64,000 nt of DNA from Chrysomallon squamiferum (lineage: Eukaryota > Animalia > Mollusca). The position numbers and the translations under genes were made by a program. A model generated the notes under the pieces. The model had not been told where the DNA came from, made no database searches, and saw nothing but the letters and a program-made list of their open reading frames with translations. Each line of letters starts with the position of its first letter. Position 1 is the stretch's first letter. Positions 15,058 through 27,404 of the stretch are shown piece by piece. The stretch lies in contig CM022677.1 in NCBI GenBank assembly GCA_012295275.1, positions 12,462,001 to 12,526,000 on the forward strand, written 5' to 3'.

Positions 15058-15186
15058 TAGTTACATTTTTCTTTCTCTGTATTTTTCTTTTTATCTTCTC
15101 TGATTCTTCTATGTTGTTGCTGTTGTTATTATTGTTTATTTATTTATTTATTATTATTATTGTTATTGTTATTGTTATTCACAGAT

Positions 15187-15472
15187 ATGGCAACAGCTGC
15201 AAACTCTGATGATAATCTTTCGTGCTGCATTTGTTCTGAACTTTTCAAGAAGCCGCGAATGTTATATTGTGGACATTCGTTCTGCAGCAAATGCCTGCAG
15301 GACTTTATAAGCCATAATTACGACAACAACGACATACAAATCATCTGCCCGTTCTGCAGGCAGGATGTCCACATCTCAGACAGCTCGAAACCAGTGTATA
15401 CATGGGCAGATCAATTCCCTATAAACCTTTCACTACAGAACGCCGCTAATGATCGGCTACAATCAAAGTATT
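15187..15472 (+). CDS. TRIM-like E3 ubiquitin ligase, coding exon 1 (C3HC4 RING)
   Basis: MATAANSDDNLSCCICSELFKKPRMLYCGHSFCSKC...CPFCR...WADQFPIN. Acceptor at 15184, phase-1 donor T|GTGAGT at 15472. Confidence 0.93.
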
Positions 15473-15709
15473 GTGAGTCAGCAGTGTTGTGTTTAGATTC
15501 GTTACAATAAAATACTAAAAATAAACATGTTAGTGATTGTTTAACTAAAGATATTAACCATCACAAGCTAAAGAAATAGAGGAAACTTTATTTAATACAT
15601 TTTTCTACTCAGATTTTTAAAGTATTGTAGGCATACCTTTATTAATAATAGTAGTTCTAGTTAATTAATTAATTGACTGATTGATTATTTATTTACTTAT
15701 TTATTTCAG

Positions 15710-17049
15710 CTAAAAAGGGAGATCACATGTCACTTCTGAGTTCTGTTTCTGAAAGTCTCAAAACCTTTAAAGAAATTCTTCAGACAGAGATGGATGATAT
15801 GATCGAGCAACTTCGCCAAGCCGTCGACATCAACGTCGTGGACACTACAGAAGAGGTCAGAATGATTGGTAACACACTAATCACAGATTTTACTGCCGCA
15901 GTCAACAAAGAACAAGACAGGTTAATAAGAGAAATAGAAAAATCTCAGAACTTTGTAAACTCAGAAATAGACAAATTATTCAATGAACACAAACATCTGA
16001 TTGAGGAAAACGAAAAAATGATAAGATTGGGGGAAGATTTGCTGACAAGAAAATCTGAGTCAGATATAAAAATTAACATTTCGAAATTCACCAAACTTCA
16101 AAACACAACTTCCGAGTTTCTGTCCAAATCTCGTTCTCAAATAGAAAAAGCAAAGTTTAAAGTAAATTTGATAAAATCTGACAAAAAGTCAAAAATGTCA
16201 GTCCACATTGGAGAAATATCCACAAACATCCAAATAGACACACAAATAAACAGGCAGACACACACACTCAAACATACAGACACCATTAACATAAAAACAC
16301 AAGAAGATAAATTCAATCCTTGTCTGTTTTCCCTGCTGGTGTCAGGTGCAGACAAAAGTAAAATTGTTGTTAGTGATTTTAGCAATAAATGTGTAAAATG
16401 TTTTTGTTTAGAAAGAAAATCACTGATAAACAGAATCGAAACTTCCTCTGAACCATGCGGTCTTGCTGAATCACGTGATCAGCGGGGTGATGTTGTTGTT
16501 GTTGTTGCTCTGCCAGGTAAAAGTAAAATATTGTTTTTAAATTTGAAAAACTTCAAACTGATAAAAACAGTTAAAACTGTTAAAGGGTATCGGTTTATCG
16601 CTGTGTTACCTGGCAACCGCCTCGCGGTCACGTGTCACTGCTTGGACATACTGACAGACAGTGGTCAGCTCATTAATTCTATCTCAACAGATTTGATCCC
16701 CGAACCGTCGTGTCTCACAGTTCATGATCAATGTCTGATTGTTGTGTCAATTGTAAACAGTTTAGTTTGTGTGACGTCATCAGGTGACGTCAAATGGGAG
16801 TCACGTGATTCAGACAAACTGAGAAACTTCGGAGATGTTACATGTGATAGGGAGGGAAATATTTTTGTTTGTGACTGGTTTAGAAATTGTGTTGTTCAGG
16901 TGTCACGAGATGGTAACATTACACGTGACATCCTCACTGACCAGGATGGACTGTCCGAACCTTTGTCTGTCTGTTGTGATGACAACAAACTGTACGTGGG
17001 AGAAGACCAAACCGGAGAAATAAAAATATTTACATGGTGTAAAAAGTAA
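15710..17049 (+). CDS. TRIM-like E3 ligase, coding exon 2 (coiled coil plus NHL-type beta-propeller)
   Basis: Acceptor tttcAG at 15709 joins in frame (T+CT=Ser, then KKGDHMSLL). Helical region, then propeller repeats (IVVSDFSNKCVK, DVTCDREGNIFVCDWFRNCVVQV, GLSEPLSVCCD). Spliced CDS 1626 nt = 541 aa. AATAAA at 17137. Confidence 0.93.
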
Positions 17050-17377
17050 ACTTCAAACGGTCTGCTAAGTTAGTTTCACTTTAACTGTTTTGAAGTTGAA
17101 AGTCCGCAGACATTTCTTTCTTTACATGAACTGATAAATAAACAGAAATTTAGTTATATTATTTATTTACTTATTAATTTAGTTAATTAAGTAATTAATT
17201 TAGTTATTTGGATTAATTTCATTTTTTTTTCAGTAAATATAATACCTAATTCATTCATTCTTTATTTCTTTTAATTATGATGATTATTCTTAAAGTCTCG
17301 TTTAAAAATACTAAATTCCAAGATAAATTTCAAAACAAAATGTGATTTACTTTTAAAATTTGCACCGAGTTTTGTCG

Positions 17378-17449
<72 letters not shown>

Positions 17450-17561
17450 CATACATGTAAACTATTGTTATTTTGTAGTTTACTTCAAGAAAGTATTAAA
17501 TGTATATATATATATATACATCCAGTGTAATCAAAAATAAAACTGAAATAAAATATTTGTG

Positions 17562-17965
17562 CTCAGCTAATCACTATCGTGATTCCAGGGAATTAACTCT
17601 GATATTTTTCAATATAACCGTATATAAAATACGATAATTAATAAAATAAGAGATTAACTTTTCTCAACATAATTAATCTACAAACTGTAAATATCATTGT
17701 TCAACCAGCAATTAATTCTCACCTTTTTCTTTTTACAGGTAATTAAACCGCTTATTTTCATAACGCCAGGTAGAATTACCATTTATAACTGTCAGTAATA
17801 TCTAATATCAATATTTTCTGTAGTTTATAATATTCAAGTTCCACGTACAGTAAATTTACACCTTTTTGTTATACGGTTTAGAATTAGCAAAGTAAAATAT
17901 CACGTTACGTTAATAAAACGGACACTTCAAAGCGGTATCTGAAGTTAGTTGCACAAAATTCTGCT
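17562..17965 (+). repeat. Interspersed repeat, second copy at ~28790-29200
   Basis: Shared ctcagctaatc..cactatcgtgattccagggaattaact through aagcggtatc. Confidence 0.85.
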
Positions 17966-17967
17966 GT

Positions 17968-18000
<33 letters not shown>

Positions 18001-18325
18001 TGCATATATGTAACTAAAATAAAACTGAAATAAATATTTATAAGATAAAAATAAAATTCTTCTGTCATTATTTCATTTAAATTTTAAAACATTTTACATT
18101 GTTTCTTGATGTTCACCTAAATCTATATGTCTGTCTGTGTGTAAAATATCATTAATGATATCTGTAGTACTCTTATTATAAATTTATTATTAACAGCTAA
18201 TATAAATTATTGTTGTTGTTTTTGGAAGAGGGTTCCAAGTGTACTCAACTATTCTACTTCATTTTCTTCTTTTTGTTTTGACTGACATACGTTTTATAAT
18301 TTTCTCTTCAGACAAGGAAAAGAAG

Positions 18326-18403
<78 letters not shown>

Positions 18404-18579
18404 ACACACACACACACCATCACAAATAAAATAGGATAAAAATATAAAAACATAAATAAAATAACGATGTTTTAAAAACATGACTAAATATGAAACTGTA
18501 TAATGGAGAACAGACGTGTTTTTAATCCGGGTATTAGGGGTCATGTCTCCTCGTTATTTACTGAGTTCGTTCAAGCTAG

Positions 18580-19240
18580 TTTCTGAGCGCGCGCATCACA
18601 TATTAAAATGTATTATTGTAATTTCTATACTGTCGCCGTCGTTGCCTCTAACGTTATTGGTGTACTCCTCATTATTCCTTTTCGTTTTTTACTCGCTGTT
18701 ATTTTCTGACCACACCCATTCTAATTTAAAATATATTATTATTATTTCTGTCAATGTCAAGTACTTGTCGTTATTCTTTTGCACTTTTTATTTCCTTATA
18801 CTTTCTGAGCGGGCACATATTAAAATATATTAATGCAATTTCTGTTAATGTCGCCGTCATTGCCGTCGTACCAGCGTTGTTCTGAAAGTCTGGTGTACTT
18901 GTCATTATTATTTTACGCGTTTTAAAATCTGTTATACTTAACATCCTATACTGGAATATATTGTTACTATTTGCCGTCGTAATGGCGTTGTTCTTAACGT
19001 TCTAGGGGTAGTTGTCATTATTCTTTTACGCTTTTTATTCGCTGTTATTCTTACTTTCTGACCATGCGAATCCTGTATTAAAATATGTTATTATTGTATC
19101 TGTTAATATCGCCGTCGTTGCCGTCGTAAAGGGGTTGTTCTTAATTTCTTTGTGTCCGCATCCGATTAAAATGTATTATTACTTTTTATTAATGTCGCCG
19201 TTGTTGTCGTAATAACGGTGTTGTTTCTAACGTTATTACT
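18580..19240. repeat. Degenerate ~130-bp tandem repeat; related units in opposite orientation at ~6065-6160 and ~39150-39290
   Basis: Recurrent attaaaata..ttattg..tttctgttaatgtcgccgtcgttgccgtcgtaa units. Confidence 0.75.
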
Positions 19241-20462
19241 TACTTAGTTATTAATTTAATTATTTATTTATTTTTGCATGCTTAGAGGAAAATAATGCAA
19301 TAATCCTATTGCAATCAATCTTACTGGTCTTATAGAAGTGTTATTATTTACTTCTCTGTTTGTTAAACATAGAAAATAATCTTTTTGACAGGTATATACT
19401 ATTTCAACCTATTAATCAATATTATGTTCTGTTTCTAGGACTAATGCTAAATTACTACTTCAAAAATGTCTTATTTCTATATTTAAAAATCTATCTGAAA
19501 AATGAAAGAAGCATGAAATTTCACTAGTGTTCATTAAAATAGTATTTTCAAAAAAATCATAAAAACATTATTAAAAATATGGAGAAATATTTCTATGCAC
19601 AATGACAACAATGACAGACTTTCACTGGAATTGTCTCATTTATCTATGAGAAAGGTTTTTATTTTTACTATATGAATCAAAGAAAATGTCAACATGAAAA
19701 CATTAATGAAATATACATATTTATATAATCTGTTCATTCTTTGAGTGTTTGAATGAAAGTAAAATATCTCATTCAGCTGTCTCTATCATTCACTTAGCTG
19801 TCTTTATAACTTGTCTCTGTCTCATTTGTATCTCTGACTTGTCTCAGTCTAATTCACTTGTCTCTGTCATTTGTCTCTGCCTCATTCACTTGTTTCTATC
19901 TATCTCTATTTATAATTATGTTATTTATTAATTATTATTTATTAATTATTTTAATTGGCTAGTGTGTTGTATTGTTTCTTCAGATGTAACCGGTGATCCT
20001 TTGACACTGATTCACACAAACATTTTCTTTAGATCATCAATGGTAATTTAAATGAAATGTTTTCTATAATGTCTGTTTTGTTCATTTTGGTCACAGACGT
20101 TGGTCAAAATAAACACAAAGTTCTTTCACAATAATGTTTCATTTGCACATTTGTTTGAATGGTCCAAGGTACTGAATAATTTTTTGGGATTTTTAAGAAC
20201 AACACTGATAGGATAATTCAAAATACTTTTGGTGGGTTATTTGTTACATTCATGATGATTGGTTTATTACAGATCAGTGGACAGTGTTTTGTTACAGACA
20301 CCATGTCTGGCTATTTTTAACTCTCAGATCACCATGGTTACATGATTGGTAAATTACAGACTTTTTTACCAGTCTTTTCCTACAGACATAGTGACTGGAT
20401 AACAGAACTCACAGAATTTTGTTACAATCATAGCGATTGGTTAATTTAAAATCCCAGATCTG

Positions 20463-20871
20463 CTATAATGAAGTCTCATTGGTTGGTTGCCTAACAGTGT
20501 CTATCTCAAGCACTTCAATTCTTTGTTTGAGCAGTTTTACCTGTCTCTCGTAGCGATCTGTCATCCCCTGTAACTGAGTCTCAAGGTTCTTCAGCTTGCT
20601 CTGGTACTTCTTCTTTGCTTTATCAAACGCTGATATCAAGGCACTGTAAGAGAAAAAATAAATAAATAAATAACAAAACAACAAAACTTTAATGAATTAA
20701 AACATCATATGGAAATTATGAAAAACATGTCTATGAGTTATTCAGCATCACTGCAAACTTTTAATTTTGTTTTTCATATTTTTTCCTATAATTATCAGAT
20801 AACAATATACTGTCAGTATATTCCAATTTAAGTTTTAAATGTGTTAAGCATTAGTTATAAATTTGCTAAAA

Positions 20872-20909
<38 letters not shown>

Positions 20910-21968
20910 GTTATCTAACACTAGCAAGTCCAAACATTTCTAAGAATTTTCATTTTCAAAATTAATTTTAAGAATGAAAAAAGGATAAATGATTTGACAA
21001 ATGCATTAGAACAGATTAAAATGATGTTAAATATAAAATTATCTGATTCTTTTCTCTTCATTTGATTGGGATATAAACACCAATGTGAACACAGACATAT
21101 AAAGAAAGAAAGCAAAATGAGATTTACTCCAAGGGAGGTAATTTCAGCACCAAGAATCTGTCTGTCTCCAGCACATATTTTTAATTTCTTCAGTTCTGCT
21201 ATTTTAGCTATAGGAATCTAATCACTACCTTAACTGGTCCTGTGAATTAATTAATATTAAATAAATAAATAAATAAATAAAAATATTTATATAACTTAAA
21301 TAATAGCTACACTGTCAAATATTTTTAACAGGTAAATAAGCAGCAAATGCATGACATACAATAGAAAGAAATATAGAAAGTAAAAATAAAAATAATAATA
21401 ATATACAAGTTTTTCATATACTCTTTAAACTATAACAGAAAGGTAACAATTTATCCTGTAACTCTTTTTCCTGTAACAAAAATGTTACAGTTTATCCGAT
21501 AACTCTTTCAACAGTAACAAAACTGTAACAATTCATCTCTTAAAAATGTAACAAAAGCCATATTATATAACTGAAGGAAAATGGAGTCTTAATAATTAAC
21601 ATTACTTATGTTTTGTGTTTTAATTCTATCTACAAATAAAAATGTAAATATAATCATTATGCAGAGTTACCTTTCTTTTCAACTTCTCCCTGTCATCATT
21701 GATATATTCAATATGGCTACATAGCTGTGTAAGTTCTATTTCCTGTCTGCCTATCTGTTCTTGTAGAGCATTGTTTTCTACTCGCAGTGAGTTCACCTCC
21801 TCCTGCAGATACTTTGAGCATTGTGCTTTTCAGCATCTTCTTTGAGACGTTGAACGATGTTGCAATCATCAGACACATCGTGGAGGGGAAAGTCTTTTCT
21901 TTCTGCAATGGCTGACTCCAGTTTAGTGACAACTCAGGAAAATTCTGCGTTTATTTCATTACATATTT
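20463..21968 (-). pseudogene. MCC: Colorectal mutant cancer protein (MCC) pseudogene fragment; exons 21968-21671, 21239-21128, 20643-20463
   Basis: The last exon ALISAFDKAKKKYQSKLKNLETQ...NETSL* matches the MCC C-terminus (AYEKAKKKHQNKLKKLE...NETSL). IPIAKIAELKKLK..DRQILGAEITSLG and ICNEINAEFS*VVTKLE..LRVENNAL..DREKLKRK match internal MCC segments. In-frame stops, a frameshift and incompatible intron phases are present. Confidence 0.88.
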
Positions 21969-22759
21969 CTAAAAAAAAAATATATATATATATTTTATTT
22001 TTTAAATTAATTTATAATTATTCTCAATTATAATTTGAGTATGTACAGTTATAAAGAATGGACATCATTAAGTGAGTTGTGATTTATTTTAAAATTTAAT
22101 CTATTATTCTCTTTTGATTTTATAATATCATATTTTAATTATATATTTATTTTGAACATTTTTTTAATTCATTCTAACAGTAAGTAAATGAGTAATGCTT
22201 CATTATAAGTTTAAATTGTATTAAAATCAATGAAGAAGAGCAAACTTGTGATATTTTACAATTGAAAAATAACAAACCTGTACTGTTTCATTTATGTGAT
22301 TGAAATGCATTAAAGAAAAACAGTGAAGAACGGCAAACACACTTTAAACTGAACAATGACAAACTTATAATATTTCATTATGTTTCCAGCTACACTGTAC
22401 TGTTTCATTACATGTTTAAATTGCATTAAAAACAGTGAAGAACAGCAAACTCATATTATATATTATTTCACATCTGACTAAAACCATTGTCCTGATGACA
22501 TTAATCTGCAGTTATTATGTAATTTTGTCTCAGTATTGCATACACACAAACACATGGACACACAGACATAAACGGGTGGGGGGAATCAATCTATTGGACC
22601 ACACTTACCTTTAACAACAAATCTGCCATGACAAAAATTGCTACTGACAGCTACATCAATCAACTGACAGAAATGAGGTCACAGTTACCTGAGTGTAGCC
22701 TCTGACAGACCTGCAGACACACAACAAAATGTACACAGTGATATAACTCAAGTCATTAG

Positions 22760-23690
22760 CATGCAGCTACTGCAGTGTCCATCACCACAGAAACTCCAGC
22801 CAGTTCTCATAATCTCACAAAATATGCAAATTTTCAGCAACTACATGAAACACAATCAAAACTGCACTTCACTTATCAACATGCTAGACTCAGCTGCCAC
22901 TAAACACAAAACTAAAACCAAAAACTGCACTAACAAAATATCCACTGCATAAGAACAAAAAAAAAAGAAGATAACAGCAAAATAAAACTAAAAATAGATA
23001 ACCATTTAATAACAAAGAAAATCATTCACATTCAACAGCCAACTTCAGACGCCACATACAGAAGATAATCACATCTTGTAAAAACTTTTACCAAACATCA
23101 CACTGCCTGACAGTCTCATGTTAGAATAAAACATACAACACTTGAAATACAGACAAAACCTACACACACTAAAATACTGTGTTAAAATCCACTCTCAGTA
23201 ATAAACATCTCATGAAAGAGTTAGGCCCTGTTCAACCCTTTAAAACTCACCTTTCACATAATTTTTAAACAACAGTCAGCCATATTGAAATGGAGACTGG
23301 TGTGGGTGAATGTTGCAATCAGCAAATAGTAAAGGAATAAAATAAACATTAGTTACACCTTTCATCATCAAAACCCAAAATCATTTTAGTAACAAACTAC
23401 ATAAAAACCTTACCAAACTCAGAATCAGCTACTCCACCAATCTAAACACAATCAAAATCAAATATAAAATAAACACAACACTAAACTGTAGCTATGGAAT
23501 TTCTGAAACCATGAAATATTACTTATTTCTCTGTCCACATTTTTCCAGTGAACACCTAATGCTACATGACACATGCAATGAATTAAACATTGAATTTACA
23601 TGTAAAAACATCTTGATAGCAACAGTGAAAAACTGAGACCCCAAACTTTAATTCAAACAAATAAATAGACACAAATGTTTGAATAAATAA
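22760..23690 (+). mobile_element. Decayed non-LTR retrotransposon (I/Nimb-like) ORF2 3' end
   Basis: ~23400-23620 reads LTKLRISYS..LNCSYGISETMKYYLFLCPHFSSEHLML, resembling the LRxG..CxCG.ETxxHxLxxCP C-terminal zinc knuckle. Confidence 0.55.
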
Positions 23691-23798
23691 ATTCAAAAAC
23701 ATAACATAAAATAGCACAGACATAGGTTAAACAAAAAGCAAATACTCCAAAAGAAAATAATTATATAAATTATTTAATTAATAGATTTACTGACTCAC

Positions 23799-23933
23799 CA
23801 GCTGATAGATTTGCTGACACACAGTTTCAGAACATATTTTAAAAGTTCTACATTTTCTTGACACAAGGAAGTAAACTGGTTCTGGCTGGTTTGGGCTGTT
23901 TGGAATGTGAACTTTCTGTACTGACAAGTGAAA
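23799..23933 (-). mobile_element. Transposase-like exon relic (Sola/DUF7869-like); further decayed exon-like pieces at 24363-24086 and ~22710-22609
   Basis: FHLSVQKVHIPNSPNQPEPVYFLVSRKCRTFKICSE resembles the FDYAQQVHYPxxPxQPGPIYFLTPRKCxIFGVCCE motif. Flanked by ttcAG and GTGAG. Confidence 0.55.
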
Positions 23934-24908
23934 CTGAAGAAGATAATTAGCTTTTTCATAAAAATAAAAATGAAAACAAAATTTAAAATAATAAACAAAA
24001 ACATACTCCAATATAAAATCAATTAATCTAAGAATTAATACAATATCCTTAATATTATATTTACATTATTCAAATGAATTCTTACCCTGTGCAATAGCAG
24101 TCTGTTGATTCTCCTCCAAAGTGAAGATTTAGTCTCACATGTAGACAGTATTTTCAAATTACTCCCTTTGAATCCTGCAACTGACTCAGACAAAATTAGT
24201 CATAAGATTGAGGAAAATGCTACTGAAATTGAACTATCCTTTCTGTCTTCACATGTAAAAGTGTGTGAATTAATTTTCTTCTGCCAGATTTCTTTTCTCT
24301 CTCAGAGTTACCCCACTCAGTCTGCAATGCTTCAATAAAGCTGCGAGTTTGTTCTGACTAATGCTGTAAACAAACAATAAAAGATATAAGCAGACACCAG
24401 TAGCCCCCAAACACACACATCCAAATGTCCTCTATACAAATGAAGGAGAAATTACAAATTAACTGCTGCTTAAATAGCAAAAATACTAATGAAAAAAACC
24501 ATTACAAATTCTCTCTGCTTTCTTCATTGGAGTGCTTTGAAGAACTCCCAGAAATATCATATCTTTTTCAGCAGCAAAAAAAACAAAACAATCTGAATTC
24601 TTATAATACTTATACAGTGGTAAATTATTTGAAATAACTGTCCTAATTCAGATGACAAAAATTTCTTATTTATAAAAATCATTTTAATGAGTTGTTTATC
24701 CAGATAAAATATATTACAAATGATTTGACACTTAAAATGTTCTTATTTCCATAGTTAATTCTATCACAGTCTCTAACATGAATAAATCATATTATTTTAG
24801 AAGAATTACTTTTTTCTTCTTCTTCTTATGATTATCTATAACTGACATTTTCAGCTTGAGACAAATGTCTTTTGAAGCTGATGATTATGCACGTTATGTC
24901 AGTAAGCA

Positions 24909-25190
24909 CAAGGCTCGAAATTAAAAAAAGCAACATTATAGTTTAGTCGCCTAAAAAGTATTTTTTTGGATCATCATTTTTTTTCTATAAGTTATAACAC
25001 AAGAGCCACTATTAATAATTTTGTAGCAAATATGTATGTATAAAAGTATCGGCATACCTTAATTTGTCAACATCTAAAATGAAATACGAAAATTCTTTAT
25101 TAATTAAAATCGCCACAAAAATTTAGTCCTAGTTATACAAATCAGCTGGTAAGACATTTTCAAACAAACCTTGACAAAAATGGAATTATC

Positions 25191-25233
<43 letters not shown>

Positions 25234-25819
25234 TTATAGTATTAAACGCTTGGATTTTTCAAAAGAAATAAAAATTAAAGGAAAGCAACGTGAAATGACA
25301 GTCAGTAAAGTTTAGTGTGTGAAAACGAAAAATACTAGCAAATACAAGGTTATAGAGTTATCTTCCATGATAACTTGTTCCGTTAACCAAGCGATAATTA
25401 TTAACGTAACGCTATAAAAGTTCGCTAAATTTGCTCGTTGGTTTCACTTTAGCCAATTAAAGGCGGAATTGAAAAGGAAAAACAATAGCAAACAATTAGT
25501 TTCAGAGTTATCTCCTGTGTTAACGTGTTCCGTTAACCAACCGATAATCCTTTAACGTACTGTTTATAAATAGGTGTTAGCGAATTATGTAAGCCGATAC
25601 GTCCAACTTATGGAACTATGGGCACTGATTTTATGTGAAATAAATATTTCGATAAAATTATTATAAAATTATTATCTTGTGTTGTAACTTTTAGCAAAAA
25701 ACAGGTCACCCAAATAATATTTTTGGGGGCGACTAACCATAATATTTCTTACATCCAAGTCAACTAAACGGAACTTTGGTCGCATTTGGTGACCTGGCGA
25801 CTGGCCATTTCGAGCCCTG
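24909..25819. mobile_element. Non-autonomous hAT-like DNA transposon
   Basis: TIRs caaggctcgaaat (24909) and atttcgagccctg (25807-25819), plus a subterminal inverted match ttagtcgcc/ggcgactaa. No clear TSD. Confidence 0.7.
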
Positions 25820-26559
25820 CATAATTATCTCTTATATTAAGAAATCTGTTTGTAATGTAACTGTTATTTTAATACTGTTTAAATATTTCAGTCAGAAGAT
25901 GTGACTAACTGCATCTCAGAAAAATGTTCACAGCTATTGGATTCAAAAGATATAGTGACTACTGAGCTACCACATGTAACATCTACTGAAACATTGTCAG
26001 ATACCCAGTCTGATTATCTTCCATACGAAGTAGGACACAGACCCCTCTGTCATAGCCGTAACCCAGCATTAAATTCTCCTAAATATCTCCCTGATATGAT
26101 AATCAGTTATGTTAACCATAAGTGAGAATGTTGATCCAGTGATCAGTTCTACCCTTCTCTTATTATCTTTGCAAACAATAAATATTTTGAGCTGATATTA
26201 TTCTATTGTAAAAATATAGTTAAGCACATTTTAGCGATTTTCTCAAAATAGTCATGGAAACAGACAGAGTTAAACAGAGAGAGTAGTAATTTTACATCTC
26301 TATAATTAATTCTGAATAGAAGGTGTGGCTGGGATTTGATCTCGAAGCCTGTTAGTTCAATATTTATAAAAAAAATTGCGTTACTATTGCAGAATGATTA
26401 ATGACTGACTGTGAGGAAATGTGTCAGTATATGTAGTGTCTCAGGCAAAAGCCAGAATGTTGTTGGTTTTTTCTACTTTTTCTTTTTGTCCTCATGTTTC
26501 TGTTTCACTTATACATGTTTTTTTCTCTTTGATCATTTTCCTCACTCCATTTGTGGGTC

Positions 26560-26590
<31 letters not shown>

Positions 26591-26619
26591 TTTTTTGCCG
26601 TCAGTTTCTTTTTACTTGG

Positions 26620-26689
<70 letters not shown>

Positions 26690-27164
26690 TTATATTATTA
26701 TTATTGTTTTTAATTATTGTTCTTGCTATTATTATTATTTACTTTTATTACTATTAGTTATTTTTTAAAATAAATATAATTTTTTCCGTTTCAGTTCTTG
26801 CCTCGTTTTTTCATTATTAATGCAGTTTTAAGATAAATTTGAATGAACTGTTACAATAAACATCTCTTCTAAAAACTTTGAACACATTTCCGTAACAGTA
26901 ATAAAAATATTCCAGTGAAGAAATTTGTGAATGTTGTTTATAATTTTCATTACAGTTTATTAATCTTGAACTCGGTAGTCTCAGAAAAACAGTGCTGTGT
27001 TGGTTAAACAAGTGAACACTTCAGCATGAAACCTATCTTAGAAAATATATCCTTTTTCATAGAACATGATTATTGTAAACACTCGAGTGAAAACAACTGT
27101 GATTTCTTCAAGTGTAAATTCTCTTAACCCACTTGATCGCTGACTGTAAATCATAACACAAATA

Positions 27165-27270
27165 CCTGAATTGATATAAGGAACATATTTTTATTAGTTT
27201 GCGTAAATTTCGATAAAAATATTGAGTCCTTTTTTCACATTCGCAGTTTACAAAAGGCATTTTTCTTATA
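27165..27270 (-). repeat. Inverted interspersed-repeat match to ~5860-5965
   Basis: aaaatgccttttgtaaactg.gaatgtgaaaaaa.gactcaatatttt is shared in opposite orientation. Confidence 0.8.
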
Positions 27271-27326
27271 GTTTAATAAATTTAAATAGGATCATTTAAC
27301 ATTTTTATACAGACAGATACATATGG

Positions 27327-27404
<78 letters not shown>

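Noticed and set aside
16137-16385. Minus-strand 82-aa ORF (and + ORF 16835-17023)
   Set aside because: Shadow frames of the TRIM exon.
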